From Octopus sinensis (Eukaryota): 64,000 nt of DNA. The notes under the pieces were generated by a model. The model ran no database searches and was not told the DNA's origin. It worked only from the letters and a program-made list of their open reading frames with translations. Of the stretch, positions 13,450-27,845 are shown piece after piece; positions within the stretch are counted from its first letter, which is position 1, and each line of letters opens with the position of its first letter. Position numbers and translations under genes: made by a program. The stretch is from contig NC_043011.1 in assembly GCF_006345805.1 (NCBI RefSeq), forward strand, positions 27,230,464-27,294,463, read 5' to 3'.

Positions 13450-13991
13450 ATATGTATGTATATATGTATATATATATGTGTGTGTGTGTGTGTATGTATG
13501 GATGTAGGTTCTAATTTTTAAATCATCCGTGTTGATCTGTATCTTATGTGAAAGTCGCATCTCAGCTTCCGACTAAATAATACAAAATAGACACACACAC
13601 GCACACACACACATACACACATATACACAAATACACATACACACATACACTCAGACACGCACACACACTCGCATATACACGCACACACACAGCACAGGTA
13701 TACATACAGGCGCACGCACATGCACAACGTACATGCATATACTCACGCACAATCTTTCCTTCTCCCATACACACACACATACACTCACACAAATGCACTC
13801 TCTGTCTATTTCTCTCTGCCCCCCTCTCTCTCTCTCTGTCTCCTTCTCTCTGTCCCTCTCTCTCTCTGTCTCTTTCTCTATGTCCCCCCTCTCTCTCTCT
13901 GTCACACACAAATGTATTAATCGATTACTACACCTAGATAATTTTATTAAAAAAAATCAACCCGTAAATATTATTGAAGGAAGAGCTACAT

Positions 13992-14065
<74 letters not shown>

Positions 14066-15013
14066 TGTTAAAGATGGCGAGGGAGAGAGTGAGATTATAT
14101 AAGGCAACAGAAAAGTACTAACTAAATCGTAAACTTATGTAAAGAAAAACACACATACACACATACACAAAACAAAACAAAAGAAAAACAAAATTAATCA
14201 CACACATATATATAAACCTTTCTTAATATTAAAGCAACTCTGTTGCCGATAGCTGGTAATGATATCAGCGTAATTACAGAGTCAGTTATACATTTCCAGT
14301 GTGATTATAGGTAAGATGTAAATGTCTAACAAAATTTCGAAATGTTCTAATGTAATAAGTATGGTTATAATTCTAGTGCTCAGTAGTTCAGTCTGCTCAG
14401 ATCAAACTTGTATATTAACTAGATACGGTAATTTCGTACTTATTGTCTTCGAATCAAGACAAAAAAGATTTTCTAGATGATGTAGAAAACTAGAATGCTG
14501 TATATTAAAAAACTAAGTAGTAAAAACAAAAATCCAATAAATGAACAAAATAAGCGGTAATCCAGTTGAAATACGATTAAAACATGTTTATATAATGTAA
14601 GTAATAATAGTATTAAGAAGAACGTTGAACGTTATAAATCGTTCAGAATATATGATGAACAAAGCATAATTTAAAACAAAACACCAACAAAATTTCCAGT
14701 TTCGATTGCAATGCAACATACTAAACGAAAAAGCATGACCATGCACAAAACGTGCGATCGCGCGCGTGTGTGTATATACGGCTTTCGTCACATAGCTGGT
14801 GATTGTGTCACACTGAGGACGGACAGCATTCAGAAACCTAGGTCTTTGAGTATCACGTGAGGCTGGAGATGGGAGCGATGACCTCCCTTGCAAATGTTAT
14901 ATATGGACACAGACTGTGTGCCGTTAGTCAGCTGGAAAAGATGTTTTCCTGGGCTAAAACAACAGTAACATCGTCCTTTACAGGATTGCCACGTTATGTT
15001 GGCATATAAACAT

Positions 15014-15129
<116 letters not shown>

Positions 15130-15586
15130 GTGTGTGTGTGTGTGTATGTGTGTGTGTGTGTATGTGTGTGTGTGTGTATAGTAAAATAAGGGTAATGTAA
15201 GGATTAAGAGAGAATCAGGTACTTGAAAAGATATGCGCCAGGTACGGTTGGATAAACATGTGGTTCCGGCCTATGGCTGGTAAGTACCAAATAGGATATT
15301 CCAGTTGTGTACTCAGAAAAAAAACCCCAACCCTATGAATATTTAGCGCCTAGAGGCTGGTCCAAATCACGGGTTACTTTGAATAGTACGTTGTTGGTAT
15401 ATTCTAGGATGTCCAACAAGTCGTAATTCCCCTTGGTGTATTATAATCAAATGAATTATAACTTACAATGGATAATTGTCACATCATTACAGCTGTCTCT
15501 TACGCATCATAGATGCCTTCGACAGACTTCAGGCACATCCCTGCTGTACTTTTAGGATATTCTTTTTTGTTTTTGTAAAATTATGA

Positions 15587-15671
15587 TTCATCTGAGGGTT
15601 ACGGTCTTTTGTAATGGAGTAATGATCTCATTCTTCTATTAAAAAGATGTGTAAGAAACAGCTGTAGTGAA
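15587..15671 (+). ncRNA. Hammerhead-like motif with partial inverted copy at about 15430-15507 (Penelope-like pseudo-LTR arrangement)
   Basis: ttcat-CTGAGGG-ttac...gtaa-GAAA-cagctg-TA-gtgaa; palindromic stem III ACAGCTGT; A9 position is G. Confidence 0.55.
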
Positions 15672-16961
15672 CTAACAATTATCTATCGTATGCTATTAAT
15701 TCGATATAATAACGGTGTTCATGTTCGTTATTTTTTCGATCAACAAGTCCCTGAATCTTTGTTTTGCAGTGGTAATGGGCTGTCCTGTAACCTAATTAGG
15801 CAGCTATTTTTTGAAAAGTAGGACGCAGCTCCGGTTCATTGATGGTTAACAGATAACACAAAAACAAGTCTGATAAATAAATAAGTAAATAAATAAATTA
15901 AAGAATAAATGGCTAAAAAGCCGTGGCCAATATGGACAAGTAGGAGAACAAAATAACATTCAAACTAGATTAAATTAAATTAAATTAAATTAAATTTAGA
16001 CAAGTAAATAAATAAATAAATATTTGAGTGAGTATGATAACTAAAGCAATATGACTAAGGGGATATGATCTTAAGGGGCAGCATAAGAAAAAATAAATTA
16101 TTGCAAACGTATAAAATAAAAACTAAAAATGTAAAATATATATCTATCTATCAGGGGAATCAGCTATATTGTTAAACATAATATAGGAGAAGGACAGAGG
16201 ATTCATTTTTGTCGGTAAGCATAGTAAGGAGGATTTTCTGACAAGGGAAACAAATGGAACGGACCGGATCGATTGATTGTTTTTCTGAGTTATAGTCATT
16301 TATTGCTAAAACCTATACTAGTAAAATATAGAATAATGGATGTAAAGTATTAAATGGATGGCACTGTGTTATAGCATTAAATTATTTAATTAAGTGTTCA
16401 ATTCAGTGTTTAATTTAAGTGGGGTAGTAGTTTGAAGAAACATGTTATAATTAGGTTGCAGGACTGGCCATAACCACTGCACACAAGGATCCAGGGACTT
16501 GTTGATCGAAAAAATAACGAACATCGTACTTTGGTCACCACCTGGTGCCATACTCTCTTTAGTACCAACTGATATCCTACATATAAAATTCCACCTCTGA
16601 TACACGGACTATACTTTCAAACCATAATTTCAAATCCACCATTGTAAACACAAACAACGTATAATTATATGTAAACAAAATACGATCCACTGCCTTTTTC
16701 ACCCTTCTTAAAAAATTCCTCCTTAGAACGACTATATTGACCTATCCACCACTGGACAAAATAACATGAATCTTGGAAGGCAACACTTGAAGTCTATGAC
16801 TAATTTCTCTTTCCTAGACCTAATCCATTTTACTAAATTTTATTCCTCTCACACTCTAAGTCTTGCTCCTATTCTTCTTATACGCTCTTCAATAAGAAAA
16901 ATATACTGTACCTATTAGTAACTGACTCTTGTATGTATCGGCTCTCCTAAACATTTAGAAC

Positions 16962-17084
16962 CCTCTGAGGAAGCCTAGAAGCACACTCAACATCCAAGCT
17001 CTATCTACCCATCCCTACAGAACACTGAAGAGATGGAGCTAGCATGGAGAATATCGTGGCCTCGTGGCAGAAACGGCCGTAAGG
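16962..17084 (+). ncRNA. Type-I hammerhead motif with long stem II insertion
   Basis: cct-CTGAGGA-agcc...ggca-GAAA-cggccg-TA-agg; palindromic stem III ACGGCCGT. Confidence 0.6.
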
Positions 17085-17275
17085 AACTGATCTTTTACTC
17101 TTTTATGTATTAGTAGCATATATTTGTGTAGCATACAGTCTTTGCATGTGTATATATTCTTATAATACTCCCTTATGTTTTGGAATAAATAGACATAATA
17201 TAATGACTACCGGCTGATGTGTCATTTTTGTATCCCCTCCATTTTCTTTTTGCCGTATATATATAATATATAATA

Positions 17276-17317
<42 letters not shown>

Positions 17318-17631
17318 TGTATGTATATAAGTACTGACAACGTATTTACGGTGCAGAGCCTTTCTGTTCCACAGGTATGTATTTGTTCGTGTTTAGGTGC
17401 TTTGAGCTGGTTATATTACACCGATGATAGAAAAAGGGATTACCCCTTACTCTTGAAATCAATTGATATATAATTGAACCGTTTGATGAATCTTTCGTTT
17501 ATTTGCACGAGTACGACGCGTGTTATTTTTACGGTGATATGTTAGGTAGTTTCCAGACATTGGCGTCTCCTTATAGCATGTAGACGACTCGTATACGTAC
17601 GCGTTTGCCCTTGATATACATATATAGATAT

Positions 17632-17794
17632 AGGCACAGGCGAGGATGCGTGGTAAGAAGCTTCCTTCCCAACCACATGATTTCGGTTCAGTTCCACTGC
17701 GTTGCACCTTGGGGAAGTGTCTTCTACCATAGCCTCCGACTGACCAAAGCCTTCTGAGCGGATTTGGTAGACGGAAACTGAAAGAAGCCCGTCG

Positions 17795-17863
<69 letters not shown>

Positions 17864-18100
17864 CGGTGTGTGTGTGTGTGTATGTGTGTGTTTATGTCTG
17901 TATTTGTTTCCCACTATCGCTTGACAACCGATGTTGGTGTGTTTACGTCCCCGTAAATTAGCGGTTCGGTAAAAGAAACCGTTAGAATAAGTACTAGGTT
18001 TAGAAAGATAAAGACCTGGGGTCAATTTGTTCGACTAAAGCCGGTGCTCCAACATGGCCACAAGAAAATGACTGAAGCAAGTAAAAGAATAAAAGAATAA
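17632..18100 (+). mobile_element. SINE family A, full length
   Basis: Homologous to 12083-12531. Confidence 0.9.
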
Positions 18101-18104
18101 CAGA

Positions 18105-18146
<42 letters not shown>

Positions 18147-18153
18147 ATGTATG

Positions 18154-18184
<31 letters not shown>

Positions 18185-18199
18185 GTATGTGTATATATA

Positions 18200-18246
<47 letters not shown>

Positions 18247-18316
18247 TGTATATGTATATATGTATGCATGCGTGAAAATTTATCTACAATTTTGAGTCTG
18301 TGACAATCAATATTAA

Positions 18317-19560
18317 CACAAGGCAACAACATTTTTGCTCCTATTAGACGAAATCGAGCTCATAAGTAATTTAGGAGCGTTGATTCCGAATCTGCAATAA
18401 TTTTTTATTCCACCACGTCACGTTTTTGCGCCATCATTATTATATTGCTATAAAATTACAATAATGTGAAAATTCATGACAAGTAAACTGAATTGTATTT
18501 TAAGCGTAATTTACCGTTATTTGTATAAGAACGATAGCAACTAGGTGGACTAGTAGCTCTAAAACCAATAAAACATAAGTATACAGTGAATATGATTAAT
18601 TTTATGTTTTTCAAAACTAGCTTTGGCGTCTTCTTTTACGCTTGTTGCGTGTCTATTTCTCGCTTTAAAAACTAGCAGTATTCCTTCATATTTAGTGTAA
18701 GTCTGGCTCCGTAGCGGCTTTCTAGCTCTTTGATTTCTTGATGAAATCGTTCACCATGCTTATCGTTTACATCACCCATACTGGGTGAAAAAAAGTCAAG
18801 ATGAAAGTGGAGAAAATAAATTTTTAGAGACATTCTTGCCCCAAGTTGCTTATAAGCTTTCAAAAAAGTATTCACAATTGCAACATAGATAATTTTTCAT
18901 TCCTTCCAAAATTTTTTACAAGAGAAACAAATTTTTCCCAAGCAGTTTTCACTACTGGGCTTAATTTGTTTTTGAAAAAGCTCATCACAAATTAGTGTGC
19001 GAATTTCTGGTCCATTAAAAACACCAGCTCTGATCTTAGCTTCACTCTTACTAGGAACAAGTTTTTTTACTGAGATATTTGAATCCTTCACCGTCTTCAT
19101 TCATAGCCTTAATAAAATAAGCCAAGTTTAATGTGTAAGGGAGGAAGGTAAATTTTTTGAAGCTCAGCTAAAGGGATATATTTAACGTTTTACCTCCTTG
19201 GAGTGAAATCACTTCTTTTTGGCCACTCTTTTTAATCATAGTGATACTTGTCATCTCTGCTGTTCCAAAGGCACAAAAACACTGATGAAGAAGCGAACCA
19301 CTAACTTTCAAGTCCTCGCCTATATTTCACTTGTGCTAAGAATATTTAATCAAGTACAAACTTTTATCCATTGATTCATAAGTTTCCTTTAATCCTACAT
19401 CATGTGCCAGTGGTATTGAAGGTTTTTGATTACCATTATGCAGCAAAACAGCTTTTAGTCTTTCTTTGCTGAACTCTATGAAGAGTCTCTATTCTTCAGG
19501 ATTATGACCCGTACCCCATCTCACGTAGGAGTCCTTCAACATCCCCAAAAAAAGAAGTAC
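18317..19560 (-). mobile_element. Decayed Chapaev3-like (CMC) DNA transposon, 3' part
   Basis: Fragments KAVLLHNG, CLWNSR, LPPLHIKLGL, GVFNGPEIR, FLHFHLDFF...HGERFHQEI; same family as 62000-63881. Confidence 0.75.
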
Positions 19561-19744
19561 TGTCTTTCTCCGTCTCCGCTTGTAGAGAGTGAGAACATTT
19601 TCCTCGGAAACTTTTTCGAAAATGAAAATGGGGATTAAATGAAAAAATGAGTGAAAGCTACGTGAATATCTTCACAAGAGTGACTGAAATGTACGGCGAA
19701 TGTGGAACGCCGCACGAAAGCACACACACACATACACAGATACA

Positions 19745-20331
19745 TATTCTTTTCTACTCTAGGTACAAGACCCGAAATTTTGGGGGAGGGTCCAGTCGAT
19801 TAGATCGACCCCAGTACGCAACTGGTACTTAATCTATCGACTCCGAAAGGATGAAAGACCTCGGCGGAATTTGACGAAACACCGCTAATCATTTCGCCCG
19901 GCTTTCAAACGTTTCTTATTTCTTTACTGCCCACAAGGGGCTACATACAGACGGGATAAAACAAGGACAAAGGGATTAAGTCGATTATATCGACCCCAGT
20001 GCGTAACTGGTACTTATTTAATCGACTCCGAAAGGATGAAAGGTAAAGTCGACCTCGGCGGAATTTGAACTCAGAACGTAGCAGCAGACGAAGTACCTAT
20101 TTCTTTACTATCCACAAGGGGCTAAACACAGAGAGGACAAACAAGGACAGACAAACAGATTAAGTCGATTACATCGACCCCAGTGAGTAACTGGTACTTA
20201 ATTTATCGACCCCGAAAGGATGAAAGGCAAAGTCGACCTCGGCGGAATTTGAACTCAGAACGTAACGGCAGACGAAATACGGCTACGCATTTCGCCCGGC
20301 GTGCTAACGTTTCTGCCAGCTCGCCGCCTTT
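19745..20331 (-). mobile_element. Trimeric array of SINE family C
   Basis: Three cores CTTTCATCCTTTCGG.GTCGAT; first two units end in a Tx1-like tail (GCCCCTTGTGG..AGTAAAGAAATA), third in CCAAAATTTCGGGTCTTGTACCTAGAG. Confidence 0.85.
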
Positions 20332-20739
20332 ACACAGACGCATATACATACAGTATCAAATATCAGCATCTCTTTCTCTCCCGCTTTCCCTCTGTCTTTC
20401 CGCTGGCTTTCTTTCACCTTCACTTATAGAACATACATAGAGTATCAAACATCAGCGTCTCCCTCGCTCTCCCGCTATCTCTCTCTTTCAACTTCTATAA
20501 AAACTTGTTTTCTCACTCTGTTTCTTTCTCTCTCCTTCACTCCCTCGTTGGCATTATGCACAGACATACAACTACACAGACATCTTCTAATACATACATA
20601 CATGCATAAATACACACACGCACACACACACATATATATATATATATAGGTTAGTAGATTTGGAGGTTGGAATAACCGTCTAAGGGATAAAAATATCCGT
20701 TATACTACCGTTATAATTATCGGTGAAGGGAAAGAGTTG

Positions 20740-20777
20740 CTGTTAACGTTTCGAGCATAGCTCTTCGTCGGAAACAG
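20740..20777 (-). ncRNA. Compact hammerhead-like variant (CCGACGA core) in a short element at about 20650-20835 within (TA)n
   Basis: Minus strand ctgttt-CCGACGA-a-gagc.tat.gctc-GAAACGTT-aacag. Confidence 0.45.
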
Positions 20778-20833
20778 GGAAGTCCAAAGAGAAAGAAGGA
20801 AAAATAAGGAAAACTCGCCAATAGTCCACGTGC

Positions 20834-20892
<59 letters not shown>

Positions 20893-20911
20893 AAATGATG
20901 ATATATATATA

Positions 20912-21482
20912 TAAGAACCGAGTTAGTAAAAGTTTTTATTTTCATTTCACTAAATTTATCAAGCTTCTGTGTATCTAGTACATACTTCGCCTTTTAGTGT
21001 ACTTATATATGAATAATATATGGCCTGTGCTAGAAACACCAGCGATAATAATTAATTTTATTTTATCACATTTTTGACTTTGTTTACATATTTCTCGATA
21101 AATTTTGAGCGTTAGACTATATCCCAGAAATCCCTAGTTTGTCGGGTACGTTCTGCATCTGCGCAGTGATCTGATTAGTTAGAAAGAGCAAATTAGTAGA
21201 CGCACATGTGTCTATCGAGGAGCGATTTCAGAATAACAGGAATCTTACTGAAGAGCCTGCCTGAGTAAATAAATATTATTTTTATTGCTGAAATAGGCGA
21301 AACTGCAGTCTAAGAAGACCCAGTTAGTAAAAGTTTTTATTTTCATTTCACTAAATTTATCAAGCTTCTGTGTATCTAGTACATACTTCGCCTTTTAGTG
21401 TACTTATATATGAATAATATATGGCCTGTGCTAGAAACACCAGCGATAATAATTAATTTTATTTTATCGCATTTTTGACTTT

Positions 21483-21487
<5 letters not shown>
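20912..21487 (+). mobile_element. Retrozyme or Penelope pseudo-LTR-like element: ~400-bp monomer plus ~175-bp direct repeat, inserted in (TA)n
   Basis: 20921-21087 recurs near-identically at 21322-21487 (offset 401); hammerhead lies immediately before the second copy. Confidence 0.8.
21243..21315 (+). ncRNA. Canonical minimal type-I hammerhead ribozyme; predicted cleavage after C21310
   Basis: tctta-CTGAAGA-gcct...aggc-GAAA-c.tgca.g-TC-taaga: intact core, 5-bp stem I, stem II GCCT/AGGC, palindromic ACTGCAGT stem III, GUC site. Confidence 0.85.
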
Positions 21488-21531
<44 letters not shown>

Positions 21532-22176
21532 CGATTTACTTTCTCATAATGTTACTTTAAAAGACATCAAAGCCAGCATCAATCGTATAAATTTTCCAGC
21601 CTTTACGTAACACGTTCAATGAATCACTTGCAAAAGCTAAAGAAATCATAGATCTTGTTGAAGTTGCTAAGAATGAGGGAAACCTCATACATGAGAAAAG
21701 TTTTAACATATTTTGTCATTTCCATGTACGCACAAAATAAATTTATTTCCTTTTAACTTTAACTCATCCAAATGATAGAAATGAAATTGTAATAATGCAC
21801 ATTTTTAGATAAAATTGTACTTACTTCATCTTGACAAGTACCGCTGGCCATCTTTCTTGTAATAATCTATAATTTAGATATGCTCTCTTTTAAGAATCCT
21901 ACCCTGATATCCAGTGCAAGAACTTTTTTTTGATATTTTCTTTTGTAGGCATTTCACTACCAGGTTCTATGAAAATTTTCTTAATTCGTAATCGTGTTTT
22001 TAAACTGAGATATAAGAATCTAACCATATACATTCATACATACTTGTAATACAGACACATCTGAATATATGCACATGCACACACATACATGCATACATAT
22101 CTACAAAATGTATGTTAGCGCCCGTATGTCTGCATGTGTCTGTTTCTCTGTCGGTTTGTCTGTCTCTGTCTGTCTG

Positions 22177-22325
<149 letters not shown>

Positions 22326-23490
22326 TACGTGAGCAAGTACATACACACACATATATGTGTGTTTGTATATATATATATTTATATATATATACACACACAC
22401 ACACATATATATATACATATGTATTTTATGCATGTCTATCTATATACATGTATCCACACACACAAACGCACGCACGCTCACATCCACACACATGTATGTG
22501 TAAGTGTGTGTGTGTCTGTGCGTTTGTGCTCACATTTTAGTTTAACCAGAAGTTAGAACGGTAGTGGTCGTAGAAAGGTGAAGCATTTATAATTAGTGAT
22601 TGAACGAGTAACTTAACACACCCTAAAGCTGGGTACACAAAAGAATAGGTCCAATTATTTCCAATTAGAATATATAAAAGTTATTTGAGGATATCACATA
22701 CTGATTATGAAAAGTCTTATATTCAAAGGAGAAGAATTAGAAAGGGTAAATGATGGAACTTACGCAGATTCATTGCGCAACTAAATTACGAGATAGCAAT
22801 AGTTAGGCGTAAACCACAGTGATAATTCATATTAACATAGTTTAAAAGCACAAGGTTAAAAGCAAAAGTTCGTTCGTCTCTTCATTTTTTTCTCCTCCTC
22901 TCAAATATGCTGCTTGATGCATTTTCTTGCAGTTGAAATGGCGTGTGATAAAATGTCTGTAATTTTTAATGTAAGAAGTTTATTCAAGTTACTGCACAGA
23001 ATTCCTTTATCAATTACGACACTACACACGTTTCCTCGATTTTATTTGTTGGTTTTGAAATCCGCAAACTCTTCAGAGCTCAACTCAATTTTTGCGACAT
23101 ACTGAAACATACAAAAATATTTCTACTAATTCGTTTTCAAAGAACGTTGGCATTGCAGACGTTTTGTCCTTCTCATATTTGTTCTATGTCAATTCAAATG
23201 CATATTTATTATCATAGAGACCTCGACGTAAGCAATTTCCATTTGCTTTTCTATATTAATCGAGCTTCGAAATTAATTGATTCGTTCCAGAAAATAATTT
23301 ATTAAATCTTCTTAAATGCCCTATAGTTAACCACACCGAAACGTTCACTGTATAAGTAGTTGCAAATTAGTTCTATGATATAAAATGGAGCATTATTTAG
23401 AGTGGAATGAATGCTCATTGGCAAATCCTAGTAACAATCTGTATATCAAAAATATCCATTTCAGAAGTTTTAATATTTTTATTAATTAAG

Positions 23491-24033
<543 letters not shown>

Positions 24034-24047
24034 AATTATACCTATTA

Positions 24048-24098
<51 letters not shown>

Positions 24099-24986
24099 AT
24101 ACACATACAATTTTTTTTTAATCATCAAGACAGTCTGCTTTGAAAATAGCTTTACATAAAATGCTGAGACCATAATGATTACCACTAAACGACTTTAAAT
24201 GAACTTAGTTGATTACTATACAAAAATTAACTCAGAAATATAACTTTCTCTGACACGGAGTTATAAATCCTTTACGCATGGATTAACTTTTGCCATTTTA
24301 CTGTCAATCTGTATAGTTTCAGCTTATAATACAGAGCTTTTAGCAATATACTCAACCTATGATAGAATAGGAGAAATATTACGACTCTCATAATAATTTT
24401 TACAAGTGCTTCGCCTTCTGTATTGTATTCACTTGAAGAAATATCAGTTGATCACCCTATCTTGTTAGTTGCTTTCACGAGGACGCTAATGAGTTTCGAT
24501 TTGACAGCTAAAACCCGCCTGAAATGTAGATCCTCCTCTCCTGACTCACTAGATAAGTCTTTTGCTAATATTGACTTTTTATCACTGAAGTCGTATTTAG
24601 AGATTTTAAGCAAAAGGTATTTGATATATCAACAAACGTTGTAAGAAAGTTTTGAATATTTTCTTCTCTCATCGATTTGTGAATAAATACTTTAAACATA
24701 TGATATGATTGTTGCTGCCGTATGAAATTCTAATGGAGCATTAATATTGTAAAACACAGTGAGTTGATGCATCAGGTTACGATAATTTAATGCCTTAATA
24801 CGAAGATTAACTATTGAGATTTGAGGAACTAAGGTCCTATTTAAATGTACTAGAGGGATGTAATTATTGCATATATATATATATATATATATATATAACA
24901 TTATATTATATAAATGTATATAATATGAATTTATATACGTATATATATATAGAGAGAGAGACAACATGAAAATTAAAATACATTAT

Positions 24987-25017
<31 letters not shown>

Positions 25018-25025
25018 CTATATAT

Positions 25026-25056
<31 letters not shown>

Positions 25057-25059
25057 CAT

Positions 25060-25098
<39 letters not shown>

Positions 25099-25569
25099 TA
25101 CAAGTATCAGGCTATTTTTAATTGACACACCGTGAAGGTATCCTACGTCAACTCTGCTAATTTAGAGCAGCTTATGCATCACATATACAATAGCAAAATG
25201 CGGCTAAGTTTCAATAACCCATCTATTGGATCTAGCGAACATTTGCATCTGAATACAAAACAAGGAGATGTAAACCGCAATGATAAACATCAATTTGTAG
25301 TAGTTGAAATACTTATGATACAGCTAACACTTTAACAATACCAGTAAATGGTTTCGGGACTGCTTTATATACAAATAAATACGATAAATGCTCATGCAGA
25401 GAAAAATCAAAATGTCCTTTGATGAATCTCTATATGAGTACAAATCTTGTATATAAATGTAACGTGGGCGGACGGCTGATTCATTTAAGAATCGTTATCG
25501 TAACCATGTTGCCAACTTTAAGACAATCAATAAGAGAATTCAACATCATCGTAGCTAGAAAGGGTGGCT

Positions 25570-27500
25570 ATCCGGGCAGCTGAAGGCATATCTGAGAGGA
25601 CCACTATGAAAATCAGTGGTCCCAAGACAGTGCCCTGTGGAACCCCACTCAGTATTTGTGTTTTCTTTGAGTGGCTCCATTGGCCAGCACTGCCTGACTT
25701 CTATCTTTCAGAAAGTCTTGTAACCACTCTCCAATTTTTATAGCTTTGCCAAGATCGCGCAGTTTGTGGCATATCATACTATGATCAGCTTTATCAAAAC
25801 AAAAGTCAAGGCATATTACGTCCACATTTGAGTTGTTGAATAACTGCTTTAACACCCAGTCATAGTCCTGTAGGAGCTGGATCAGGCGGCTCCAACCTGG
25901 TCGAAAACCATGCTGTGTATCACTCAGTAAGTTGTTTTCTCCAAAACATGCGATTATTTTCCCTCTGACTATTCGTTCCTGACTTTGCTGATGCGTGAAG
26001 TCAGAGAGACAGGCCTATAATGTTTGGCATCTGCTCTGCTTCCTCCTTTAAGGATTGGGAATATTATTCCCTCCTTCATTTTGTTTGGCAGTTTGCCATT
26101 TGCAAGAAAACTTCTGGAAGAAAATCTGTAGTGGTTTCGCCAGGGCATGTTTGCACGATTTGAGGAGGATTGCTGGGAAACCATCAGGGCCAGCACCTGA
26201 GTTTGCGTCCACTTCATCTATGGCTGGTATTATATCTTCTTCACCAATGTCGTTGTAATCCATCGTAACTGCCTCAATGGTTATAGGTGATGTAGCAAAG
26301 AAATACACTGGTTCATTTATTTGTCTGTGTTCCAGCAGGGTGGTAAAGACACTTTTGAACTTGTCATTCAGTACCTCACTGATCCTAGCTGGGTTATCTG
26401 TTAGGTAGCCAACCTTCTGGAAGAGGGGTTCTATTTTGCAGCGTACTGGAGCTGTTTCTTTGGCATAGTGAAAAAAGGCCTTTAGGTTTGACTTGTTTTT
26501 AATAACCCAAGCTTCTTTGTCTGCTCTCTCCTTCACATAGGATTGTTGCAGGCTTATTTCTATCTCCATCAGTATTGTTTTTAGGTGGGATTTTTCACTA
26601 CTTTTGGGATGTTGGTTGAAGCGATTTGCAACCTTCGTCCATCGCCTCATGAGAATCTTCCTTTCTCTTGTAATCTTGTTACTTTTTATGTTGGCATTAT
26701 GGTCTGGGACATAGCTCTGGCATATGGTTTGCATAACAAACATGAAATATTCTAGTTTCATACCAATGTCTGGTGTGGAAAGTCTTTTCGGCGAGTCCTG
26801 TCTGAGGATCTCTTTTTGGATCGATTTCCAGTCTGCTCTGTGGAAGTTCAGATTGGAGAGATTTTAGGTGCTTCCTTTAGGCTGTATATCTCCGGCAACT
26901 TTTGGTCCATATATAGTTGTGATCCGAAACTAATGTCGGCGTCACAGTCACCTTATGAACTATGTTCATATTGTTGTGAAGCAGAGATCCAGTATGCTAT
27001 TCGCCCTAGTTGTTCGGAGTACAGTTTACTCCATGAATAGAGCATTGATGATCTTGAGCAGGGACTCCACCTGTACTTGTTTGCAACGAGTCATTCCTGA
27101 GAGCATGAGACCCTCGGGCCATTTGACACCGGGAAGCTGAAATCACTCATAAGAAACACACTCACGTGGTGTTCCAGTTTCATGAGGGTTTTTAAATTCT
27201 TGTAAGGCAACCTTCAAACTTGCCTGTGTGTTTTGGAGCATCCGTTGGGCGATATGTATTGCATATGACTATATTGTGTTGTCTTATAAATACAACTTGA
27301 GTGTCACATACTGAATTTGAGTATGACAGTAGGACCTGGGATGTGAGGTCCTCACGGATGTAACCAGCAAGCTCCACCATGGATCCTTTCCCTTCTGTCC
27401 GTTCGCTCTATGGTATATTTCGGTATGTGTACTTCCGCATCCTATATATCAGGCATAAGATGAGTTTCCACGAGTGCTATGTACAGGTCTTGATTGTATG
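25570..27500 (-). mobile_element. Decayed CR1/Jockey-group LINE ORF2 (APE plus RT N-terminal part)
   Basis: IVICNTYRP (APE), GPDGFPAILLK, YRPVSLTS, QHGFRPG, VDVICLDF, GVPQGTVLGPLIF; multiple frameshifts. Confidence 0.9.
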
Positions 27501-27629
27501 CAACTGGTCGCCAATATTTAATAAGACTATTGGCGTGACGACTGTGCTAGCGTTAGAGGAGGCCATATCGTGTAAGCTGATTGTGGTGGTCTTGCGCAGT
27601 GGTGGGCAAGGTTCCGTGTTTGCGCTTAA

Positions 27630-27845
27630 CTATGGACGGAAAAGCGTAGGAGATGGTGCATAAATGGTTGCATGACGAGCCGAAAAACTTCCTCTCGGAT
27701 GGAATAAGCAAGCTTGTAGACCACTGGAATAATGCGTCGAAAAGGAAAGAGACTATGTCGAAAAATTATGCAATTGTTCAGCGCCTTATTTGCTTTGACA
27801 AATTACAAAAATGAAAGCGTGTATAATCTTTGACTTACACTCGTA
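27630..27845 (+). mobile_element. Mariner transposase C-terminus and right TIR
   Basis: VHKWLHDEPKNFLSDGISKLVDHW...DYVEK motif; ends TTTGACTTACACTCG-TA. Confidence 0.75.

Noticed and set aside
21820-21970. Possible minus-strand exon (MASGTCQDE followed by GTAAGT)
   Set aside because: Good donor but no supportable partner exons or recognisable product
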